From Magallana gigas (Eukaryota), in assembly GCF_963853765.1 (NCBI RefSeq), contig NC_088855.1, forward strand, positions 51,832,001-51,896,000: 64,000 bases of DNA, given 5' to 3'. Below the pieces are notes generated by a model. The model ran no database searches. It saw only the letters and a list, made by a program, of their open reading frames with translations, and had not been told where the DNA came from. How positions within the stretch are numbered: position 1 is the stretch's first letter; every line of letters starts with the position of its first letter. Shown one piece after another: positions 1 through 12,307 of this stretch. A program made the position numbers and the translations under genes.

Positions 1-1046
1 GCAAACACAATCTGATCAATTCTAGTGTGTTGGAATTTTAGGCTTACTCGGAGAAAAAAGAAAAAAAAAACAACAAATAAACCAAATTCTACAAATGTTT
101 TTCTTCTGCTGATTTAAGTGACAGGTCAAGGGCAACAATGTTTAAAGTGTCACTTGGCGAATGAAAAAAGGTACCCAAAATTCTTCAACAAATATTTTCT
201 TTGCGCAAGTTTCTTCAAAATTATAAAGCACTAATTTTAAAGCTAATTTCAATTACAAAATAACTGCAAATGTTCCTCTCTATTCTCGTACTCTTATCAC
301 TCATACCTCAGGGGGCAAGAATGTCTCAGAGTTCGTACGATGAGGAGCAAACATGTCAGCCTCACAGCTCAGGACGGTGTGTTCCCACCCAGCCAACATT
401 TGTAAATAAAAATATATAGGTAAAATATACGGAATAAACCTAGTCAAATTAATGTTGCATCTTATGCATCGCTCTTTGGTACAAGCAGTTGCAGCTTAAC
501 TATACAAGTTGGGTTTTTTTCTTAAATTATATCAGCGGTTTTTCAACTTTTTTTTTACGGGGGAAGGTATGCATGGGGGTCCAATGTCCATAACCCCCCC
601 CCCCCCCCCCCCGACCCTTCTTCTATGACACCCGTGCTGTTTATTCACATAAGTCCATGATTAACGCAAATTCTTCGTGATTGAATTTCAATCGAGTTAG
701 TTTCAATGATTTATGACCACACAGGATGCACATCGTGCAGTACCCCATTGTATTCATCAGTGACCACTCATTCTATTGTTACACCAGGTAATCAGTTACA
801 TAATGTAACGTAACCCAGTGTCGAATTCATACTCATGCAGACTGCAAGGACGTCAGAGAGTTACGACAACGTCAGTTTATTATTAATCACTTCTTATTGT
901 ATATACCGGTATCATAAGCATCTTCTCAGCATCTACATTTTAACGCTCTTCTACATAAGGTAAGGAAGAGAAATGCTTGTACTTTGGTAGCTGACTTATA
1001 TCTTATGTGAAACATTTAGAATCTATTAGTATTTCTAACAATCAGG

Positions 1047-1576
1047 ATGAAGTCGTCGCTGTTGTTCATAGTTCTTGTTTGTACCCTGTCCGTGTGTACG
1101 GGAAATCAGCGCAAGTCCGTGAGAAAATCCTCCTGGGGACTCCTTGGAAAGTATCAGAGTCTCATAAACGACATCTATCAAATTAGAGAAGCCATTACAG
1201 ACCTCATCAAAGGTATTTTTTAAGTTTCAAGCTTGTTTTGAATAAGTTGATCTTTACCTTCAAAATGTCTTCATTATTGTCATATTGACTGAGGAAATAC
1301 GAATCTCCACCCTTCCTCTTTTCAGGAGGACTTATCAAGGGTGAGGCAGGGGAGGCTGGCGTGAATGGATCCCAGGGTTCAAAGGGAATAAAGGGGGAAA
1401 TGGGAGCCACCGGCCAGACAGGCTTAATAGGAGGAATGGGAGATAAAGGAGAGAAAGGAGATGTGGGCCCAAAAGGTGAACGTGGGGAGGTTAGTCCAAG
1501 TGGTGCTGAAGACAATCGGCAGGCTAAAGGGGACACGGGATTACAGGGACTACGGGGAGACACTGGAAAAATGTAA
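1047..1576 (+). CDS. Short secreted collagen-like protein (about 138 aa, 2 coding exons)
   Basis: Exons 1047-1212 (MKSSLLFIVLVCTLSVCTG..., signal-peptide-like) and 1326-1576, joined by a phase-1 GT-AG intron. 17 consecutive Gly-X-Y triplets, an interruption, 5 more triplets, then TAA. Probable 5'UTR intron 960-1045. Confidence 0.8.
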
Positions 1577-2245
1577 AGGAAGATCAAGTGGTGTCTAAAA
1601 AGCCACATAGAGATAACGGTCAGAGGCATTACCAGAGACACAGCCTGTAAGGGAGGCATTCATAGAGGCACCACTGATTACTTAACAATGAAGAAGAAAT
1701 GTCTTATCACTGTTGTGATTCTGTTTGTGTTGATGGTTTGTCATCATTTTTGTCAGCTTGCAACCTTATCAGAATATGTCAGACCAACATGGCACATTTT
1801 AAATTTTAAAACAGCAGAAGAATAACTTGCTATTTTGAATTTAGAAAATTACACATTATTTTCCTTCAATCTTTTATGTAGTTAAGTACAAAGTCATACT
1901 AATTAACACAAAGAAGAAACCTTCAATTATTTATGAGCAACTGTGTTCTTAAAAATATATGTGCTATAAGTGCAAGGTTTCTATCCATAATATCACATCT
2001 ATAACATGTAAATGTTTGTATAAAAATATATGACATAAACTTGTGTCAGTTTACATCAATACTCTGACAAACATGCCAATAGCACACACCACATGTCAAT
2101 AATCTAATGCACACATCAATAATCTGACATAGACATAATTATCAATTAAATCTATAATCAGACACACTTCATCAATTTTCTCATTGGGAGTGCTGGTAAC
2201 CCTGAGATTAAGATAAGGCCAAGATGTCATATATGACAAGTCACA

Positions 2246-5200
2246 TTATGAAGCTGTAACCTCCTTTGCTGGTATAAATCCAGAATCTCCAAGCCTACGG
2301 ATCGACACCCGTCCGGACGGTCGGATTGTGACCCATGTGATACTGGCGTGGTCTAGACTAATCCTCAACCATGCCTCCGGGGGAAACTGTAGAGCCCTGC
2401 AAACAATCATGAAGGACATTTTACACATGCATTTGTTAGTCCTTATATAATTCATGTATATTAAGATTCAAAATAAAAAGGAGTTTCTGTTTACCATTAT
2501 TTAGAGCTTGTTTAATGAGAACTTGGTATTTGGATATCCAAGGAGAGCATGTACTTGTACATACACATACATATTTGAACATGTACTACAGGACTAGCAT
2601 TTTTTTTTGATATGCAGTACTAAAAAGGATTCTTGAAATTGTTAAAGAAAGAATGCTGAAATTACATTACCTAGCCAAGTCTCTTATTCCTAACTGAGAG
2701 TGAGAGGGTTAATGAATTTGATGTGATGTACATGGACACCCCTTTCCAACCACCAATAAATTGATTGCCTCTAACCAGAGGCGTGTTCAGCAGAGCTCTC
2801 CGCAAAGTTTGTATTGCAGGTATGGGGAAATTTGGTGAGCGCTCGTTCTGTTGAACAGGCCTCTGGTACATACCCTGGTATTAAACCCTAAACAATTCTT
2901 TAAATCCCTTTATAATATTACTAGTCCTGTCAAAAACATATTTTGTGACCTATAACCTGGCTCCATTACTTACAATAGAGTTCATTTCAATAAATCACTA
3001 AAAAAATAATTGAGATGTACGATGGTATTGGGCTATCACTTACCTACATACAAAGTATCTGATAACATTAGCATGACAAACAACAATCTCATAGCTGTCC
3101 TTTTTCTGCTCAACTTCAGCCCTGTGGAAAAGCTTTCTGAAGGCTGTCTCTATTCTGGGACCATCCTGAAAGAACTGCTAAAAATAAATAGAAGAAATTC
3201 CAGGTAAAAGTCAATCACCTGAGATCCCTTGGTTAAATGATATATAAATCGGGATCACATGGAACTAGTGAAGGTATCATACAAACTGTTCAGGTTTCCA
3301 ATGGCCGATTGGAGGTTCCGGTGGGATGGGGGCTCCTTCGCACAGGTTGGGCTCTTTTTCCCAGGTGAGCTGGGGGAGGTGTTTGTGTATAATTGCTGCT
3401 GTCTCCACGGCTCTGGTCATTGTAGAAGATATAAGCTTAGTGTATTCAATGTCTGCCTCTTTTAACCTCTTTCCACAGTAGTCCGCCTGTTTTTTCCCTA
3501 AACAATATGTAATAATTTAAAGTAAAGTATCTGGATATCTGGACTAAAAATTTAGAATAAGATCGATGCATAGCAACAGGGGCAAGGAGGGTGGGCCTGT
3601 CCCCCTTTTGATTTCAATTGATTTTTTTGGGGTATAATTTCCATATTTATTGAACTGTCCCCTCCTGGGAGTCCCAAGTTTAATATTTGAACCATGTAAT
3701 AATATAAGGAAAAATTTATTTGTTGCCTAATTCAAAATAAACTAGCCATAGATAAAGGATGCTTTTAACAAATATGATAACTAATACAGCACAATGAAGT
3801 AGTCTCTTCCCCCCCCCCCCCCCCCCCAATCCACTCCACACTTTTTACATATTCAGGATAATGGGCTCGATCCTGAAAGATAACTTGTATTTTTAATTAC
3901 CTAGTTTAGTAAGATATCTCTCGGAGTCCTCTTTACCATCAAGGTTGTACTGTCCATGTCGAATAAGAAGCAGGTGACGGGTGGCCGTTGGTCTCTGTTT
4001 CTCCAACTCATTCTCTCTGTTTTTTGTCTCTTTTTCTGATGAGTTGCTTTTTAAGGGTTTTACAAGGCTCTCTGGATCCCTCCTTGAAATCAAACCCAAA
4101 TAAAATAAAACAAAACATACATAATTCCAATATAAGTTTATCGCTACATACAAATTTTAATAATTACGCCTTGCTATTTATTATCATTTAGCGCTAGATG
4201 TAAGACCCCCGGTAACTTAAGTTTAGACCAATCTCCCAAACGTGTACTGTTGTAATAGTCTGTTTGAGATAAAATACCCAAAATAGGATATAAATTGTGC
4301 AAAAATTTAAAATTTTTTACTTATAGTCTGTCCCGAGTTTTTGCTTCCACCACTTTTCGCTTGATATTTTGATAATAATTAATACCTTTGTGCTTAATCT
4401 ACATTCATCCAATAATATGAAAAATGTCCATATTATCTGTTTTGAAACGCCCCCTCTACCGCTTCAGGTTTCAATACACATCCCAAAATAGAAATTCTAC
4501 GGGAATTTTGCATTGCATCAGCCATAATCATGATAACTAAGCCTGGTTGAAAAATTGTGCAAGGTGTCCCGAGTACTTCCGAAAGGGGAAAAGATGTAAA
4601 CATTTCCCATTATAAATCTCCGTAAGAAATTTAATGTTTTCCTTCCTGTGAACTTTTATGAGTGAAAAATGATAATTTGTCAATGAAGATATCTTGGGTA
4701 TTTTCCATTCGATTTCAACTGTACTTCTTTGACATGTATGAGTATTTTTATTAAAAATCATCCAAAAGTGATGGAAGAAATAAATTGAGACAGACTATAG
4801 TATAAATTTTAAAAATAAATCTGCATAAATTTATATTAAATTAAACAACTTTTGGTTAGCAAGTTTTTCTATAAGCCTATATAGTTTGTCAGATTGTTCT
4901 CCAAGAAGTTTTGGATGTACTGGGGGTCAATCTCTGCAACAGTACGCAGTAGGGTTACAAAAAAACTCTTGTATACCATTTGTATGCCAAAAGTTATTAG
5001 AATGCAGATTTGACTTTTTCTTGGTAAAATAGACATTTCTAAATAATATTTGCACTTCAAATTTATATTCCATTTGGGATATTACATCCCAAACATACTA
5101 TCATATATCCCATTTGGGAGGTTGGTCCCAACCTGTTAAAAGATTTTATGGCGAGGAAATTCGAATTACGAACCGGTCCCAGTTGTGCTCCCATCTTACA

Positions 5201-5337
5201 CTGGGTTCAAAGTTAGTTGTCCAGGATGCGTTGAGTACTGTTCCTTCGCGTGACCACACTGCATAGCCTAATATTCCTGTGGCTGTGGCTGTGCCTATTC
5301 CTTTAGCAATGTTCAACATGTGCTTGTACACAACCAT
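2246..5337 (-). CDS. PGAM5: Mitochondrial Ser/Thr phosphatase PGAM5 (about 281 aa, 5 exons)
   Basis: Exons 5337-5174, 4082-3901, 3497-3283, 3177-3044, 2396-2246 with consistent phases (846 nt). Recognisable motifs: N-terminal hydrophobic anchor, WEHNWDRRDP, catalytic [40 protein letters not shown]. Confidence 0.97.
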
Positions 5338-5376
5338 GTTGTATTCCGGAATAATGGGGTTTCCATCGTAATACTA

Positions 5377-6504
5377 TGGTGTTCCGATGGGGCCACTTCG
5401 ACATTCGCACTCTCGCCTTTAGGTCGAGGTGCGAGAGTGCGAAGTTGCGACGTCGAAAGTGCGAAGGTGCGACGGCGAAGGAGCGAAAGTGCGAAGATGC
5501 GACGGCGAAGCGCGAATATGCGAAGGCGAAAGTGCGAAGGCGAAGAAGCGATATTACTATCGCACTCTCGCCTTCGCATCTTCGCACTCTCGCCTTCGCA
5601 TCTTCGCACTTTCGCCTTCGCCTTTTTATAAGTGTGGAGCTCTCTATCGTTTAAAGACAATTTTAGCTGTATAAAAGGACATCTGAGGCAGACGATGAAC
5701 TTTTTAGAATTTATTTTCAACAGCCTGCGCAGATCCATAACTTTTTTAGGGGGTGGGGTGGATAAATAATTATATTTTTCGGGGTGGGGGAGGGTTCCGA
5801 AACATATTTTGGAGATTTTATTATATATGATTAATAAAATTAAATTTTCCGGGGGGATGAGATCCAGACCCTCTCTCCCCCTTTACTGCATGTGTGAATT
5901 TATTAATATTGATTTTTCCATGGGGGGGGGGGGGGGGGGACCCCCTCTCCACCTCTAGATCCATAAATCAGCAAGAAGTGTCGCATAATGAAATTAGAAT
6001 GTTACTGTGTTTGATCCATGGTAAACAGACAGCTGGTAATTGACTGGATATGTATACATTATGGCGGACATTACATTTTATATGGAGTATATAACGATTA
6101 GGCATAGCCAGCACTGGTAAAAATATATGTCACATATACACATTAAAATATTTATAAACATTCATAGTAAGCACAATGGCTCAGCGCATGCGTACCAATG
6201 ATATCATGGATAAATCGGAAAACCTTGGCGAGTACGGTGCCTGCATCAAATTCTATGTAATCGACCGAGACTTTCTGAATGCTATCAAAAAAGGCGAAGG
6301 CGAAAGTGCGAAGTTGCGAAGGCAAGAGTGCGTAGTTGCGAAGGCGAGGGAGCGATAGTAGTATCGCTCCTTCGCCTTCGCACCTTCGCACTTTCGCTCC
6401 TTCGCCGTCGCACTCTCGCACTTTCGCCTTCGCAACTTCGCACTCTCGCATTTTCGACCTAAAGGCGAAAGTGCGAAGGTCGAAGTGGCCCCATCGGAAC
6501 ACCA
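5377..6504. mobile_element. Pair of about 250-bp inverted repeats built from GCGAAG/GTGCGA units; possible foldback or MITE-type element flanked by TA
   Basis: 5377-~5630 and ~6288-6504 are reverse complements (TGGTGTTCCGATGGGGCCACTTCGAC... / ...GTCGAAGTGGCCCCATCGGAACACCA). TA lies immediately outside both ends. Each arm is itself an imperfect palindrome. Confidence 0.65.
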
Positions 6505-8331
6505 TATAATACTACTCGAAGATCAAAACTTCCGACAATTTGGCGCGAAAATAAATGAACACTGTGTACATAAAGTGGAGGGTCCATGCAGGCACGGGTG
6601 TAGCATTTGGGGGGGGGGGGAGGCTTACATACAAAAAAAAATTGGCAATGTATTGCATTTAATTAAGGTATTCAGCCCGTAATACAATTTAATACAAAAA
6701 TTTTCAAAAGTGAATTTTTTGGGTCAAAACAATAATATCTCAATACATACTTCATAAATAAACAAAATTATCCAGATTTTTTTTTATCTGACCAAAATAT
6801 ATTGATATATGATAATGTCATAATGTGTAGTAGTAAACATCAATACAACATCACATTTTTGAGCAAATTGATATCAAATTCAGTTTTTACACAGATTTGT
6901 ATAGAACATTTTAATGCATTTTTTATTTAAGAAAAAGTTTAGAAGCATTTACTGTCCAATAACTATGAAAAACTGAGATTGTGTCAGATTAACTTCAATT
7001 ATTTTGATAAAAGAAATATTACAACTGATCATATATGCATTTCTGTAAGGAAAACCAAAGAGTTGACATAAGATATTTTGTAATGAATACATGGCACATT
7101 ATATAGAAAAAAAAATAAAAGCAGTTTTGAAAACTTTTACCACAGAAAACTTTTTTTATTGACAAATTCCTCACCCCACCCCCAAAATTTTCAAAATCAC
7201 TTATGTTCATAAAATAAGTAAAAAAGTATAAAAATTGAAACATAATAAATAATCACAACTATGATGAAGAAGCAATGTCATAAATAACTGAGTGAGGTGT
7301 TTTCAATGACCTTGACCTTTAAATCTGACGACCTTTACTTAAAACTATTACTGATATTAATACTATATAAATATATAATACTGTAAAAGACAAATAGTTA
7401 GCTTCGAAAAAGAGTTATACTTCATCGCAAAACAAGATTTTTAATCTCCAACGAAAACTAAACATAACATCTTTAGATATTTCCCATAAGGATATGAGGT
7501 TTAAGTTAAATAAATTTTTTGTTGATTTGATCTTTGGGCAATTGAACAAAATCTCATCCAAACTTCATTTTTACAGTAAAATATTAAATACTAACGAGTA
7601 CAAGTTGCAAGATTACTTAAAATTTCCCTTGAAATATTAATTGATTAAATCCGGTNNNNNNNNNNNNNNNNNNNNNNNNNNNNNNNNNNNNNNNNNNNNN
7701 NNNNNNNNNNNNNNNNNNNNNNNNNNNNNNNNNNNNNNNNNNNNNNNNNNNNNNNNNNNNNNNNNNNNNNNNNNNNNNNNNNNNNNNNNGTGATAAAAAG
7801 GTGAAATTAAGGGATAGGAGTAATAAATCTAAAAGGGCTAGGTATAATGCCTATTTGCCACATTGGAAGCAAACACTCTGACCTAATCACCTGCCAAAAG
7901 TATGTTAATTATTTTCTTTTCACTATATATTTCATTGAAAACCACCCTTTTAAAAAAGAATGTTTACAAGTGCACTGTAGCCTCTTGGTCGATTTCGAAA
8001 AGATCAAATAAATTCAGAATTGTTCTAGTATATTTTTTGAATAGTATTTAAATATTTCCTAACCTTCTGTTACTTAGATTTGATATTAACAATCCAAAGG
8101 AAGGAAGATTTTTTGGCTTGCATATTGCAAAGGATATAAGTGTATTGTAAAGCTCTTAAAAATATCTTAGTGTTGTGTTTAAGATATGTAAAATATCAAA
8201 ATGCGTTGTAAAAAAAACTATTTTAATGTATGTCAAATCAAATCTGGCTAGATCAATATAAATCTCTTTTAAATCTAACAAAAGACACTGTCAGAAAATC
8301 TTGTGTTTTCCGTGAAATATATAGGTGAAAG

Positions 8332-8413
8332 AAAAATCAAAGTACTGAAGTACTGAAAGCCGGGCTCTTTTGGTGTGTCTTTATGCATATTGTGTAGTAA
8401 AGACTGAAAATCT

Positions 8414-8460
<47 letters not shown>

Positions 8461-8916
8461 GCTTTTAATGTCGGCAAAGCATCAGAGAGCGACCAAATTT
8501 TGTAAGCGGCTATAAGCAAAAAATATGTCTGTCTAGTAGAAGTTAAAAAGTTTAACAGTTACTGCCTTGAATTTTGCAACAAGCATTATATATTCAATCC
8601 CTGTTTCTTCATCGCGCAGCAAAGTAGTTCATGGAAATTCATGCGCATTGTATGTGTCCAAAATGCATAGTAATGTTTTAAAAACACGTTATTAATAAGA
8701 AAACTAAAAAAGATAGACAATTCATTCGAAATTTAAAAAAAGAAACAAAATGCCAACACTTTTGACAAAACGTGGCTCTTTGTGTAACTATTTGGTATAG
8801 CGGAAGCTTTACCTTGACGCTGTTTGGTTTTTTGTTTATTTGTGCTATTTATAGTAACATTGGCGATTTGCCTGCCTATAGCCAGGACTCTGCTTTCAGC
8901 AGAGCCCGGCTAAAAA
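8332..8916 (+). mobile_element. Non-autonomous Helentron/HINE-like element containing a (TC)n microsatellite
   Basis: Subterminal inverted repeat AGCCGGGCTCT (8358-8368) / AGAGCCCGGCT (8901-8911), 3' hairpin CTCTGCTTTCAGCAGAG followed by AAAAA, internal (TC)~21 at 8417-8458. This matches the HINE architecture. Confidence 0.65.
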
Positions 8917-11900
8917 TTACGTAAGTTTGGCACGTGAGTGTAGATTGAGCTATTTGTAGATTGCAATATCTAGCTAGGTTTGAATAAATGGTCTTAAATA
9001 ATGACAGAACTTGCTATGGTATCTTGAAATGATAAGGGACTTCGATATGTTTTGTGCATTTAATTGTGTAAATTTAATTCAATGCCACCAATGTATAACA
9101 AATTTTAGGAAATCCCAAAACTGGATATTGTGTATATGAAATATAAACCACTGGTTATATGCATGGCAAAATAATTACCATATAATTGATGAGCAAATAT
9201 TGTCCAAATTCACTTTATTTTTTTAAATATTTTATTCTGAAATAAATAAACATACATGTATGATATACCATCTACATAATTTACTTTCGCTTCCTTTGAA
9301 TTATCTCAATAAGCTAATGATTTTCAACAATAAAAATATGTCTGGATAACATGTTTAAAAAAAGATAAAGGAATATAAGTTGGATAAAATTCCTATATTT
9401 GATGGATAAGATACTGAAAATAAGAATTAAAAAAAAAAACGCTTTCCGAACGATATGTGTCTTTAAGATCGATCACATCGATCCGAACCCTTTAAAATTA
9501 GGTTCAATTTCAGGTAACAATACGATTCCAACTGGTGTTCGCGTGTCGAAATCTTCAATTAATTTAATTTTTTATAGAACTTCAATGCAATTCATTTCAT
9601 AAAAAAGGATCTGTGCATTCTCTTTATTTTGTCATAATTTTATTTAGGTCTAATAGAAAACAAATCAAATTTAATCAACAAAAACTTGGAGTGATGACGC
9701 ACTATAAATCAAAAATATCATTTTGTAATTTTAATGTATCCCAAAAATTTTATGCTTTAGAAAAATAAAAGAATTTTGTAAATACTGGCCAAGTTTCATA
9801 CTGGTAAATCAACTAAATAAACCATTTTGATATGATTGAAAAGGCTCAGTGGTAATGGCACAAGCTATTTGATAACCTTAAAGAAGTCGGATTTTGTGGT
9901 TCAAAAACTTAGGGCTTTTTTTACATTCGTCTTTGTTAACATATTCAAACTAGATATAGTTCAAAATTTTGCGTTTGCATATAGATATATATTTGTATAC
10001 TATAGTGTAAAACGATACATTCAGATATGAAAATATAAAGAACTAAATATGATATTAGTCAAATTTGGCCCCCAAAACTCGCTATTTTTAAAATGATTCA
10101 GGTACATTAATTTGTTGTGTTATTTTATAAAAGAGTTGACATGAAATATGTTTTTCACCTATTTATTTGATTTATATGCACTCACTGGCAGTATATGACG
10201 TCAGAAGTGACGCTATTTTTATAATTCAATCAAAATCAACCAAAAATTGACATTTTTCTTATCTTTTTTCGAATGGGAAATATAGAGCGACTCTTTGAAC
10301 AAGAACGAACTTTTTGTCACTTATCAGTATTGGAAAGATACCTCTTTGGTGAAAATATTTTGTTTGTTCAAGTAGTCGCTCAATGTTTCCTTAAAGAAAA
10401 ACTGCCTCAGAACAAGCCGTTTTATGCTAAAAATGCGAAAATGGCGGGAAAAGGTCAACTTTATGATGTCATATTTTCAAATTGTGGGCACTAAAAATCA
10501 AAATGAAAATTATGAAAAAACTTCAAATGTATATTTGTACAAATAAAACAAAGAATTACAGTAAAATGACAATGTTCATTTTAGGGGGCCATTTTAGGCT
10601 CAAACCATACATAGTATTTTACGATTTAACAAACGGGCATTCGCGCCATTTTATTTGCTAATCTTCTTTAATTATTTCCGCCGGTTTGGGTTACATTCAA
10701 CATATGCTTGCGATGACATCATGCTGGTACAGGTCACTCAGTCGGCCCATTGAAACTGAAAAAACCCAGGTTTAAATAGTAATCAACAGGGAAGGAAAAC
10801 TGATAAAAACAAAAAGAATTTTCTGCATGTCTGCGACAAATAAAAATTTTTTAAGAGCACATTTCAAAATTGGTAATATATACTTAGCTTATGGAAGTTA
10901 TTTGTAACACTTGGAAATTGTATAATTGGATTGATTTATTTCGCAACAGCTGTTAATTGATTCGTTCTTAATCACNNNNNNNNNNNNNNNNNNNNNNNNN
11001 NNNNNNNNNNNNNNNNNNNNNNNNNNNNNNNNNNNNNNNNNNNNNNNNNNNNNNNNNNNNNNNNNNNNNNNNNNNNNNNNNNNNNNNNNNNNNNNNNNNN
11101 NNNNNNNNNNNNNNNNNNNNNNNNNNNNNNNNNTATCCATTATTTGTATTCAAATAAAAAGGGGGAAAACTTGTCTATTAAGGCGGTTGGTGTCCAAGAA
11201 AAAATATCACCATGCTTACTTTTCCTTTTCTCAGTTCCCTTCTTTTACTTTTCTTGGAATAGATCAATCGCTTGTATTCTCTTAGTTAATTGATTTAATT
11301 TTTATCATATACTAGATTGGTAATCATTCATCAAACTGTTCTGTGTTTGAAAATAACATATGTACTATAAAATGACAATTTCCCACCTAAAGTTTTATTA
11401 GCCGATCGGTTGAAATTAATTTCTTTAATGATAATATAAAGCAATAAGAGCTGCAATTTTAATGTTAAAAATTTTTTTTCTTGTCATCCTGTACAAAAAT
11501 TGATCTGCTATATATTCCTTATAAGTGAAATCTTTTTCCTAACAAAAATTAATGATTTTTTCAAATCTTATTTATCATAAAAGTTTAAGCTACAGGTAGA
11601 CTTATCATACTAGCAGGTTTTTGCAACAAAACAAATTCTAGTAAATACAGCTCATATTGCTTTAAAATTTCATTGGTTTAATACGCATTGCGGAATACTG
11701 GTAATTAATGTGTTGATGAACTTATTCTTCTGTCTTTCCCCTGCATTGAAACGACTCTACACCACATGACACTTTTGTTTGTCTACTGTTGTTCGAAACT
11801 AATTATAAATAATTTCTTTGACGCTTTCACTTCTTTAATTTCAAAGTGTGTACGGTATTTACTATTAACAGTTTTTCAAAAACTTTAAAAATATTGACAA

Positions 11901-12307
11901 GAACGATGTGCCTTGAAATTATATTTCTTTGAAATTATCTTTTCCAACTTAATGTTCAGGTACAATATGGTATACAAAACTGCCGTGTTCTTTATCTAGA
12001 TTTTATTCTCCATAATCTGACCAAAGAACTTCTTGAAAAAATTAACGTTTCTCTCATTAAAAAGAAATATTTTCGTATCAAGATTGTTGAAAATTTGTTT
12101 CAAGAAGTTAATTAAAATCGTTTTTCATTGACATTTTAACGAATACTAGAAAACTTCGCATTTATAGGCTAACAGTTCATTCAATACGTTGATTATTACT
12201 TACTGGTAGATCGTATTACGAGTTTGGTACATGTAGTTGCACCCAATTAACTTAGGTAATCTTGAAACCCCTTAGCATTCTGTAACTTATTTCTCCCAAA
12301 TAGAGAT

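Noticed and set aside
310-420. Possible small exon or ORF MSQSSYDEEQTCQPHSSGRC
   Set aside because: Short, with no partner exons in phase and no recognisable motif.
1207-1659. 150-aa Pro-rich minus-strand ORF
   Set aside because: Antisense shadow of the Gly-X-Y exon.
5303-6505. Overlapping Arg/Ala-rich ORFs on both strands
   Set aside because: By-products of the stop-poor GCGAAG repeat arms; no splice or codon support.
9380-10620. Repeat-looking stretch that might be a DNA transposon
   Set aside because: No matching termini or coding remnant could be identified by eye.
10898-11153. ORFs containing X runs
   Set aside because: Artefacts of the N gap.
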